From a virus (lineage: Duplodnaviria > Caudoviricetes), in IMG/VR virus record IMGVR_UViG_3300021256_000011, positions 1 through 64,000 of that record: a stretch of DNA of 64,000 nt. One strand, 5' to 3'. A program made the translations under genes and the position numbers. This document shows, in pieces, positions 19,460 to 27,171 of the stretch (position 1 is the first letter of the stretch; each line of letters begins with the position of its first letter). Below the pieces are notes generated by a model that saw nothing but the letters and a program-made list of their open reading frames with translations, was not told where the DNA came from and made no database searches.

Positions 19460-19938
19460 TTCTCCGCTTTCTTCACAGCCTTACGGAACCGCCCATTCAC
19501 ATCGCGTTCGTACTTCCGGCGCTCTTTCTTCGGCATATCCACGACCTCCTGGATCTGCTTCTCCGTCTCTAGGGCAATCTTTTCCTCGATTTCATCTTCC
19601 TTGACCTCGGATGCGGCCTGCTTCTGTATCCTTTTGTCGTACTTGGAGATGGCCTTTTGTACATCGTTCACAAATCCGGCATCAGTCGTCAGCAACTTGC
19701 CAATTTGGTACAGAATGGAGCAGTAGCCGTGGATGGTCTCCTCCTTCTCGCATCCTATAAGAACCGCATAGGGATGCTCGTCGGCCATAAACCTTGCCTT
19801 GAAGTTCCCGCTCACGGTCTCTACTTCCATCCAGAAGCGCCGAAAACGCCAGCGGAAGCCACCGGCCTCGCCATCCCTGACAACTGGATTACGGAATGTA
19901 AACCACCACCATTTCAGAATTTTTTCTTTGATACTCAT
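19456..19938 (-). CDS. hypothetical protein
   Basis: 160 aa, preceded by TATCTTTG. Confidence 0.6.
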   Translation of the reverse strand: MSIKEKILKWWWFTFRNPVVRDGEAGGFRWRFRRFWMEVETVSGNFKARFMADEHPYAVLIGCEKEETIHGYCSILYQIGKLLTTDAGFVNDVQKAISKYDKRIQKQAASEVKEDEIEEKIALETEKQIQEVVDMPKKERRKYERDVNGRFRKAVKKAEK

Positions 19939-19942
19939 AGCG

Positions 19943-20329
19943 CTATTGTTTTTGCAAAGATAAGAATTTCTGCCAAATTTCCGTTTCTTCCGGGTACATA
20001 TTTGGGCGTTTTAGCATTTCTTTGACTTTTCTGTCTGCATATATGACAGTAGCGTGATTCATTCCAGTTGCCTTCTCTATTGACATCAAAGAGAATCCGT
20101 CCAGGCGAAGCATGTAAAGAACCATGTTTCTCGCCCATACTAGAGTCTGCTTTCTTGAGGGTATCATAATATCGCATCCGACAGCCTCCGACATCACAGA
20201 AATATACCTATTCGCTTTTTCCAGAGCATGGCTATATCGTTTCTCTACACTATGATACCGCTCGCAACCACCACGGTACGAGCAGAATTCGCAGTGACGG
20301 TCTTCTGCTTTTACTGGCCAAATGCACAT
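19943..20329 (-). CDS. DnaA domain IV-like HTH protein
   Basis: LVWARNMVLYML...SLMSIEKATGMNHATVIYA resembles the DnaA C-terminal DNA-binding domain. Confidence 0.6.
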   Translation of the reverse strand: MCIWPVKAEDRHCEFCSYRGGCERYHSVEKRYSHALEKANRYISVMSEAVGCDIMIPSRKQTLVWARNMVLYMLRLDGFSLMSIEKATGMNHATVIYADRKVKEMLKRPNMYPEETEIWQKFLSLQKQ

Positions 20330-21243
20330 AGTTTCCTCTCTATAAGGTCACCGATATCCGCATGATCCGGCACAACCTCTCCTGCCGGCCACTTCTCCCA
20401 CCAGGGCCATACCTCTCCTTTCTCCTCCCACTCTATGCGGGCGTCCATATCAGGGCATAACAACATCCCAGGCTCGGTTCCTCGAAGGTTACCCTTGCCT
20501 CCGGTTGCGACAAATTTTCGTCCCCAATAGAGGTAACCCAAGATTGCTGATTTCTCGCTCTCGCAGACGAAGACTTTTTTTCCGTCGTCAGGAAGGCAAC
20601 AACCAAAAAAGCATTTTCCCGTGTATCCGTCACCGACACGATACTGTCTTCCAGGAAAAAAAAGTTTGTCACGATGTCCGTTCTCATTATATGCAATCCT
20701 CTTATCGTATAAAATCCTCCCATTTGGGTCAACATACCAGAACACGGCATTTCCGTGCGAGTCCGTCGTCACATTGTACCTATTCCATGCCTCCCTCACT
20801 TTCTGCTCAGGGAACATCCGGCACATCCACCTGAACAGCGGGCATTTCTCCAGCGGATATTGCCTGGCGCCGGCCAATACATCCGGCGATACATACTGAA
20901 TCTTCGGAACAGCAGTCTCCCGAAACTCCCTGGTCCATTCAATCGTCTGGGGCTGACCCTTAATGATTGCAATAGCCTCCTTAAAGTCCGCGGCGCCACC
21001 GAACTCAATAAGCCACTGCGGAAGGGATATGCAACGGTCTCCCTCTTCCTTTACCCAAACGCTGCCACGGCCAATAAAGACCTTGATTTTGTCCCTGCGA
21101 TATGCATGCCGGTCGCCGTTGAGGTAATAAGGCCCCTGCCATTCGCGTCCGTTCTTGGTCAGTTCCATGCCGAGCAACTTCGGCACATTCTGCATAGCCG
21201 CCACTGGGTCGTAAGCAAAACTATATGTATCTTTCTTTGCCAT
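20311..21243 (-). CDS. primase-like protein (TOPRIM-type)
   Basis: VFWYVD..GRI, FVCESEKSA, ATGG, CPDMD motifs; adjacent to the D5 helicase. Confidence 0.65.
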   Translation of the reverse strand: MAKKDTYSFAYDPVAAMQNVPKLLGMELTKNGREWQGPYYLNGDRHAYRRDKIKVFIGRGSVWVKEEGDRCISLPQWLIEFGGAADFKEAIAIIKGQPQTIEWTREFRETAVPKIQYVSPDVLAGARQYPLEKCPLFRWMCRMFPEQKVREAWNRYNVTTDSHGNAVFWYVDPNGRILYDKRIAYNENGHRDKLFFPGRQYRVGDGYTGKCFFGCCLPDDGKKVFVCESEKSAILGYLYWGRKFVATGGKGNLRGTEPGMLLCPDMDARIEWEEKGEVWPWWEKWPAGEVVPDHADIGDLIERKLCAFGQ

Positions 21244-21246
21244 AGT

Positions 21247-22818
21247 CTAAAAAGGAAGCCCTTCATATTCGTCTTTTCCTGCGGGCATATCGTCTACCAC
21301 AGGCTCGTTTTTTACGCTCTCCACGGGCGCCACCTCCAGGTAGTACCAGATGCCGTCGCTTCTCCGCTGAGAAGCAGCGCCCATCTTCTTGAACTGCTCC
21401 GTGACCGCCGAGCGCGAGCGAGGCGTTTCACCCCAATCCTCGCAGTATTTCTTGTAATCCTGGACCCATTCCTTGAGAGACTTCCATCCAGGGGCCCTGT
21501 TATCTTCCGGCTGGGCCGCAACATAGCCCATCGTGTCAATCCAGCGGCGCAGGCTGTTGCTATTGGCCTTCATCTCGTCAACAACCTCTTTGACGGAACT
21601 AGCAATTTCAATCTTGCCCTCGTTCTTGATGAAAGACCGGTACCCTTCCAGGACCCAGTTGAAGATGGCAGACTTCACTTCTGGGGCCTGGAGCTTCATT
21701 TCAAGCATAGGGTCCTTGTCTCGGTCATCAATATGGTTCGGTGCCAGGATAATCAGAAATCTCCTGAAATAGCCCTCGGTATCATCCGTTGTCGGAGGTA
21801 TCTTGTTGGCGCAGCAAAGCATAAGGGGGATCTTGTCAACCTTTGTCGGCCTTTTCGAATAGGGGTGCCTGCCGGTAAATGCCCCGCCGGAAACAAACTG
21901 CTTAAAATCGCCACCTGAGAAGTCTTTGTTTGATACCTCATCGCAATAATTCACTATCTTTCCGTTAACATCGGCCAGGTGGTACTCCATCTGAGCGCTC
22001 TTGAAGAGCTGCTCAGGGCTGTAACTGCTGGCCACCGCGGGCCCAAGCATGTTAACCACCGCCTTGCAGATAATACTCTTGCCGTTCTGGCCTTCGCCGA
22101 CGACAAAGCATATGTATTCAATCTTGTATTCGGTCCTCTTAGCAAGGAAACAACCGCAAAACTGGTGCAGAGTCTCCCGCATATTCTCGTCCGGGACAGT
22201 CTGGGCAAGGACCTTATCCCACAGCGCAGAACGCGCATCAGCAACATAATCGAAGTCCAGGACGATATCGGTCTTATATTTCATATCGAAGGGACACAAC
22301 TTCATCTGCTGCAGGTCATAGACGCCATTCTTGAAGCATACATACCGGCGGTCCGGCACAAAACGGCAGCGCTCATCCCCCTTTAAACGATTAAGGCAAT
22401 AATCCTTCACGATATTCACCGAACTGGTCTGGTACACAATGCCGACATTCTGACGCTCCAATACCTCATTGATTATCTCCCGGAAGGTCTCCTCCGTCAT
22501 CCTCTCGTAATACTGCCCGTTGAAGGCGTATAACTGATCATCCTCATCCATCTTGAAGAAATCGTTCCCCCCATCTCCGGCCAGACCGCAAACATAACGG
22601 CGCATGGCAATGCAGATGCCAGCCTCCGTCTTTTTGTTCACCCTGTCATCCGAGAGGCCAAAATCCACAAAGGATTGTCCGGCAGTCGAACACAGGTAGT
22701 CTATTATTTGCGCGTACTTCACTGAAAACTTGCGGTTTTTCAATAAAAAAGCCAGAACAGACAGGGCCCTTCCGGAGAAGGTGGGTACACCCTGGCTGCT
22801 CTGGCCCGATTCTTCCAT
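21247..22818 (-). CDS. D5/P4-family primase-helicase (SF3)
   Basis: D5_N region (FKNGVYDL), GEGQNGKS Walker A, YCDE, LLCCANK. Start reset to MEESG; the track's extra 41 codons run through a promoter and tRNA-like RNA 2. Confidence 0.85.
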   Translation of the reverse strand: MEESGQSSQGVPTFSGRALSVLAFLLKNRKFSVKYAQIIDYLCSTAGQSFVDFGLSDDRVNKKTEAGICIAMRRYVCGLAGDGGNDFFKMDEDDQLYAFNGQYYERMTEETFREIINEVLERQNVGIVYQTSSVNIVKDYCLNRLKGDERCRFVPDRRYVCFKNGVYDLQQMKLCPFDMKYKTDIVLDFDYVADARSALWDKVLAQTVPDENMRETLHQFCGCFLAKRTEYKIEYICFVVGEGQNGKSIICKAVVNMLGPAVASSYSPEQLFKSAQMEYHLADVNGKIVNYCDEVSNKDFSGGDFKQFVSGGAFTGRHPYSKRPTKVDKIPLMLCCANKIPPTTDDTEGYFRRFLIILAPNHIDDRDKDPMLEMKLQAPEVKSAIFNWVLEGYRSFIKNEGKIEIASSVKEVVDEMKANSNSLRRWIDTMGYVAAQPEDNRAPGWKSLKEWVQDYKKYCEDWGETPRSRSAVTEQFKKMGAASQRRSDGIWYYLEVAPVESVKNEPVVDDMPAGKDEYEGLPF

Positions 22819-22844
22819 TGCCTCGTACCCTTTGAGGCGGACTG

Positions 22845-22875
22845 CAAAGTTAGCGATTTCCCGCCAACCTGCAAA
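22845..22875 (-). promoter_or_regulatory. Bacteroidota sigma-A promoter for the helicase operon
   Basis: Minus strand TTTG-19 nt-TAACTTTG. Confidence 0.7.
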
Positions 22876-22885
22876 CTTTTTTTTG

Positions 22886-22968
22886 AGGCGCCAAGGAGAC
22901 TCGAACTCCCGACCCCATGGTACACACTGGATGCTCCCCATGCGCTCTACCTACTGAGCTAAGGCGCC
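22886..22968 (-). tRNA. tRNA-like RNA 2 with a 17-nt anticodon loop
   Basis: GGCGCCT/TGGCGCC acceptor, GCTC-AGTAGGTA-GAGC, CATGG-(GGAGCATCCAGTGTGTA)-CCATG, GGGTC, GGGAG-TTCGAGT-CTCCT; followed by T-CAA. Confidence 0.8.
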
Positions 22969-23027
22969 ATGTGCCGGTCTATTCCCGGCAGTCAGTCATA
23001 ATAGGCCCACGCATCACTGCGGTGAGT

Positions 23028-23061
23028 TGGTGGACGGACCCGGATCCCTCCGGACCCGCCC
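23028..23061 (-). ncRNA. tRNA-minihelix-like hairpin ending ACCA
   Basis: GGGCGGG TCCGG AGGGAT CCGGG TCCGTCC ACCA: 12-bp helix (7+5, G-U allowed) plus NCCA. Confidence 0.45.
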
Positions 23062-23101
23062 TGTAATGAAAACTAATACACTTATGTAACGCTTCGCAGC
23101 G

Positions 23102-23135
23102 TGGAGCCCCGGAAAAGAATCACCCTCGCCGGGGC
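23102..23135 (-). ncRNA. second acceptor-like hairpin ending TCCA
   Basis: GCCCCGG-16 nt-CCGGGGC-TCCA; same 34-nt length as the first. Confidence 0.35.
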
Positions 23136-23236
23136 TTGGATTTTTAGAAAAGTATCAATATTTACCCTTAGAGGGTTTCTCACCCCCGTCGATTCCTTTG
23201 GATCGGCATTTGCGGTTAAAAAATAAGGGTTTTTCG

Positions 23237-23315
23237 TCCCCGCGGAAGGGCTCGAACCTCCGCCCCCCGGCTGACCTCTCATTGAGCCGGATTCTACCAA
23301 CTGAACTACACGGGG
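23237..23315 (-). tRNA. tRNA-like RNA 3 with a 12-nt anticodon loop
   Basis: CCCCGTG/CGCGGGG, GTTC-AGTTGGTA-GAAT, CGGCT-(CAATGAGAGGTC)-AGCCG, GGAGG-TTCGAGC-CCTTC; followed by A-CGA. Confidence 0.75.
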
Positions 23316-23323
23316 AAACCATC

Positions 23324-23617
23324 TTACTCGCCGCGGGCAAAGAACTCCTTGTACCAGGCGACGCAATCCTCGCGGCTCGCAAACAGAACATCGGCATCCA
23401 CGATGCCCTGGTGGCCGCAGAGCTGATACTGCTCCTGGACCTTCATCTGGCCGGCCTTGATTTTCTCCGCAATGCTCTTTCCGCTGTCCTGCTGGACGCC
23501 TTCTATGGCCACGGGTATGAACAGGGCGCCGTAAACATCATCCTCCTCGATACGCATCGAGAGGCTGTTGAATAGGAACACATGGTCCCCACACTGAAAC
23601 TTGGTCTTTTTTTCCAT
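23324..23617 (-). CDS. hypothetical protein
   Basis: 97 aa; ends 8 nt before tRNA-like RNA 3. Confidence 0.6.
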   Translation of the reverse strand: MEKKTKFQCGDHVFLFNSLSMRIEEDDVYGALFIPVAIEGVQQDSGKSIAEKIKAGQMKVQEQYQLCGHQGIVDADVLFASREDCVAWYKEFFARGE

Positions 23618-23661
23618 ATGCTAAAAATTTGACTTGTTTTCCTTGCAATTAGCGTGCCAGA

Positions 23662-23991
23662 CTATCTTTCGTCACCGGATCCGCCTATCTTACCTCTCAA
23701 CTTGCGACTCTGCAACTTCTCGTAGTTCATCCTGGCAACATCTTCCAGGGAATAGCCCAAATCGTGAGCCAGCGTAGCACAGTACCACAGGACATCGCCG
23801 ATTTCCAGGGCTATAGAATGACGCTTCTCGTCGGAAATATCGCCATTTTCATCACGGATTATCTTTTTGACCTTGTCTGCCACCTCGCCGGCCTCGCCTG
23901 CAAGACCAAGGGCGGGATAAATCACCCGATACTGCTCCGGATAGACAGCGGTCTCCAGGGCTCCCTTTTGATACTCATTCAGTTTCTCCAT
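23662..23991 (-). CDS. MazG-like nucleotide pyrophosphohydrolase
   Basis: YPALGLAGEAGEVADKVKK...EIGDVLWY...NYEKLQSR. Start reset to MEKLNEYQ. Confidence 0.9.
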   Translation of the reverse strand: MEKLNEYQKGALETAVYPEQYRVIYPALGLAGEAGEVADKVKKIIRDENGDISDEKRHSIALEIGDVLWYCATLAHDLGYSLEDVARMNYEKLQSRKLRGKIGGSGDER

Positions 23992-24155
23992 TTTCCACAT
24001 ATTTTGTAAAATCCACATCCACCCCGGGCCGAACGCCCCGGGCATCCCTGCGGTCCAGCTCATCCCGGACCTCTATAAGAGCCTTTTTCCTCTCCTCGAA
24101 CAGCATCTCAAGCTCTTTCCGACTTAATTCTCGAAGATTCATATCTGCAAAACTA

Positions 24156-24710
24156 CTACTTTTCCTTCAATTCTGCAAAATCATACCAGCACTTCAGGCT
24201 GCCTTTCTTCTCACCGCGCTTCAGCCTCTCCAGCCTCGTCGCCCTATGCGTACTCTCTGTCCAGTACGCCACAAGGGCCTTCTCGTCCACCACATACCCA
24301 AGCCTACGCAGACGGTTGCGCTGCAGCAGCCTGCCACGGGGTTCCAGCCTCAGATGGCGCTTCGTCTTCTGCTCCAGGCCGGCAGACAACCTGATCCGCT
24401 CCACCTCGTACTGACGCTTCATCGCAGCCACGCGCCTATCAATGGCCTCCGGCGTGTTCAGCCGGGAAGCATTGCCGCACTCCAGGGCCAGCCGGCTGCG
24501 ACGGGCGCTCTCGTAAGCCCTGCTCTTCCTCAACCCCAGCCTCTGGGCCATGTTGCGCAAAGCGGGCATGCTCACGCCCAGTTCCCGGGCCAACAACGCA
24601 TTGTCCTCGTCCGAATACCTCTCCAGAAGCACCCGGCGCATCTCCTCAGTCCATTTCATGCACCCCATCTCCACAACAGACCTCCCGCTGTCTTCTGCCG
24701 GCCATTGCAC
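24156..24710 (-). CDS. HTH-containing basic protein
   Basis: KWTEEM...LARELGVS...MAQRLGLRKS; real start probably MKWTEE. Confidence 0.55.
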   Translation of the reverse strand: MQWPAEDSGRSVVEMGCMKWTEEMRRVLLERYSDEDNALLARELGVSMPALRNMAQRLGLRKSRAYESARRSRLALECGNASRLNTPEAIDRRVAAMKRQYEVERIRLSAGLEQKTKRHLRLEPRGRLLQRNRLRRLGYVVDEKALVAYWTESTHRATRLERLKRGEKKGSLKCWYDFAELKEK

Positions 24711-25126
24711 GCATCGCGGACAGCCCTTACATTAACTCCCATCTCCCGGGCCGCATCGCTCGGGCTACGCCATACACCCTTCCGCTCTCCTTCCAGGTCC
24801 CAGGCACTCACCCACCGCGATATCGGCTTCCTTCCTCTCCGGCGCTCCTCCTTCTCGTCACACCACTCCAGGTTACTCGCCCTGTTGTCAGTTACATCCC
24901 CATTCTTGTGGCGCACATAAGCCCTGCACTCCGAGTTCGGCACAAAGGCCCGGGCTACCAGATACGCCACCTTAATACGCTTGCCTCCCAGGTTCACGCC
25001 GGTGCCGCCGATAGCCTCCAAGGCCAGGCCGTCACTATATACCACTCCGTCGTCGCCAACCTCGTAGCGACCCCAGAGACGCGCCTTCCTCACAGAGCGC
25101 CTTCCACTGAAAATTCCACTGTCCAT
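24656..25126 (-). CDS. compact HNH/NUMOD endonuclease-like protein
   Basis: YEVGDDG, VARAFVPN, VRHKNGDVTDNRASNLEW, C-terminal NUMOD1-like helix. Confidence 0.7.
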   Translation of the reverse strand: MDSGIFSGRRSVRKARLWGRYEVGDDGVVYSDGLALEAIGGTGVNLGGKRIKVAYLVARAFVPNSECRAYVRHKNGDVTDNRASNLEWCDEKEERRRGRKPISRWVSAWDLEGERKGVWRSPSDAAREMGVNVRAVRDACNGRQKTAGGLLWRWGA

Positions 25127-25141
25127 AACAGCCCGCCACTC

Positions 25142-25468
25142 CTACAAATCCTGTGCCAGCGTGATGTCTTCGATGTCCAGGATGTCTTCTCGTCTTACCA
25201 TCTTCCTCTCTGTGTCAAATGGGATAAAATTCCGGCATCCACGCGTAAATACACCTTCCAGCACTTCTCTCCTCACCGTCTCGATGCGATACACCCTCTT
25301 CACATCTCTAAATCCTCCGATACCAAGAGCGGCCATCCGTCCTATCTCGGTCGCACTAAACTCGAAGTCCAGCTTGAACACTGCGTCCTTTATGCTATAA
25401 AAGACTCTCCGATTTCCCTCCGGGGACTCATACAATATCCCCATCTGCGTAATCCTCTCAACCATCAC
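25142..25468 (-). CDS. hypothetical protein
   Basis: Operonic ORF. Confidence 0.55.
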   Translation of the reverse strand: MMVERITQMGILYESPEGNRRVFYSIKDAVFKLDFEFSATEIGRMAALGIGGFRDVKRVYRIETVRREVLEGVFTRGCRNFIPFDTERKMVRREDILDIEDITLAQDL

Positions 25469-26001
25469 TCAGCCCTCCCTACTACCGGTGTTACATCATA
25501 CACAATAACCCAGGGGTTCAACAGGTACGGCACCTTCGACACCTTGTCGAAATACCACCTGAAGATAACCCTCCAGTCCAGATCCGAGCCGCCGCAGTCG
25601 CCGCCGAACATGTAATACCCCGCAGGATTCTTATGGACGCCCATCTTCAGGACATCCTCCTCGGTCAAATCCTGGACGCGCACGCAGCGAACACCCTCTA
25701 TCACTACACGATGCGGCATATAAGCCGGGTTCACCCTGGACTTATCCCTCCAGCCAGGAGTTTTCCCAAACACGTCCTGGTCCAGCCCGGCCTTCTGGTA
25801 ACTCATCGCGACGGAAACGGACTCGCCGACAGCCCAACGGGTATGCACCCTCTCACCATCGCTGAACTCATAGTACCTTCCGTCCTCTTTGACCGAATCC
25901 TTCCCGGTAGCATCAACAACCCTACCCATTAAGATACCAATCTCTCCCGCGAGAAACTTGCTCGTGAGACAAAACTTGTCGTCTAAACACACTTTCTTCA
26001 T
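25465..26001 (-). CDS. ASCH/PUA-like phage protein
   Basis: YMPHRVVIEGVRCVRVQDLTEEDV..G and NPWVIVY resemble the phage ASCH-like family. Confidence 0.5.
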   Translation of the reverse strand: MKKVCLDDKFCLTSKFLAGEIGILMGRVVDATGKDSVKEDGRYYEFSDGERVHTRWAVGESVSVAMSYQKAGLDQDVFGKTPGWRDKSRVNPAYMPHRVVIEGVRCVRVQDLTEEDVLKMGVHKNPAGYYMFGGDCGGSDLDWRVIFRWYFDKVSKVPYLLNPWVIVYDVTPVVGRAE

Positions 26002-26024
26002 ACTCTAATAGTTTTAATTTTCGG

Positions 26025-26056
26025 CAAAAATAAAAACAACTTTTCAAAAACGCAAA
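26025..26056 (-). promoter_or_regulatory. leftward sigma-A promoter
   Basis: Minus strand TTTG-20 nt-TATTTTTG just upstream of the 26001 start. Confidence 0.65.
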
Positions 26057-26072
26057 TTTTTCTCGCAATCAA

Positions 26073-26387
26073 TGTAGTTCTGTGTAGTTTGTGTAGTTCC
26101 ATTTTTCACAACTACATTACAACTACATCTCGCTGAGCCATAAGCGGTTATACCCCGTTTTGGGCCCCAAAATCGACCAAAAATGTAGTTGTCTTCCTAT
26201 GGAGGCTCTAGAGTTTTCCTTTTAATATCTTATGTTTCCAAAAACCTACCACATTCCATTCCATAAATTCATACCTTACTACATAACTACACATATCCTC
26301 ACAAACTACACATAATCAACATATTTAACAATGTAGTTCGCAATGTAGGCGGTACACTTATGGACGGAAAGGCTACATCTGACTACA
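26073..26387. repeat. cluster of at least 11 TGTAGT/ACTACA iteron-like repeats
   Basis: Copies near 26073, 26083, 26092, 26110, 26121, 26184, 26278, 26285, 26304, 26332 and 26382, in both orientations. Confidence 0.8.
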
Positions 26388-26707
26388 TTCGACCAGGACC
26401 GCTCAGCTACGGCCCTATATATACGCGCGCGCGAGAAAAAATCGCAAAAAAAAATTTCAGAATCCCACCACAGCGTTGCGTTTCGTGTCGCTCCCAGCCC
26501 CTCGGTGCCCTTGTAAACTTTTGACGCTTAAAACCTTACATTTGTGAAACGGACGGCACACAAGCGCAAGAAAGTAAAGCCGTATCAATTTATATCGTGC
26601 GCGATGTTCCACGGAATGTTCCACACATTGCGCCAAAACATTGCGCAAGCTCATGTGTGTGTGGGTGTGCTATTAAGGTAGTACACGCTGTGTACGGCAC
26701 GGGAATA

Positions 26708-27034
26708 TAAGTATTTGAATATCAATAAGTTATGCGTAAAGTATTGATAGTCAGTGCTTTATGTTTAGAGGATGTGAGTTTAGTGTATTAGTGTGCTAAT
26801 ACAGTGGCTGTATATGTTGTATATAGGTATACGCGTGTGTGTGCGTATGTGTATGTGTATTTTTGCGTAAATTGTTGATTATCAAGCATTTAAGTTTTTA
26901 AAATAATTTATTTGCATTTTCTCACAAAATAGTGATTAAGTTTTTATAATTCATTGATTATTAATGTGTTACGGCTAAAATTTTTTTCGTTATTTTTTCT
27001 TTGTTTGTATAAGTATTTGATATTCAGGCGTTTA
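26708..27034. repeat. five 25-bp spaced palindromes TAA-N5-TGA-N3-TCA-N5-TTA
   Basis: Start at 26708, 26737, 26868, 26947 (one mismatch) and 27010. Confidence 0.8.
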
Positions 27035-27069
27035 TATAAAAGTCAATTTGGAATATTTCTAAAATAATA

Positions 27070-27101
27070 TTTGTATAGTATTAAAAACCGCCGTATCTTT
27101 G
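27070..27101 (+). promoter_or_regulatory. rightward sigma-A promoter of the early region
   Basis: TTTG-20 nt-TATCTTTG. Confidence 0.8.
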
Positions 27102-27171
27102 CATTAGAGAAAGGGAAAAAGAAACACTCTTTCAGATTTTAAAAACTTTTAACAATTAAATTTATAACATT

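Noticed and set aside
22819-22941. N-terminal extension of the D5 helicase in the ORF track (similarly 15100-15165 for the methyltransferase)
   Set aside because: It runs through a tRNA-like gene (and a consensus promoter for the helicase); downstream ATGs are better starts.
22886-23315. tRNA-like sequences as attP integration cores
   Set aside because: They are full-length with 5' halves, occur three times with different sequences, and no tyrosine integrase is visible.
26607-26628. TGTTCCACG as a parS site
   Set aside because: Only direct half-site repeats, no full TGTTTCACGTGAAACA palindrome, and no parAB in the window.
26073-27034. Repeat clusters as a CRISPR array
   Set aside because: Repeats are short or degenerate and irregularly spaced; no constant repeat-spacer period and no cas genes.
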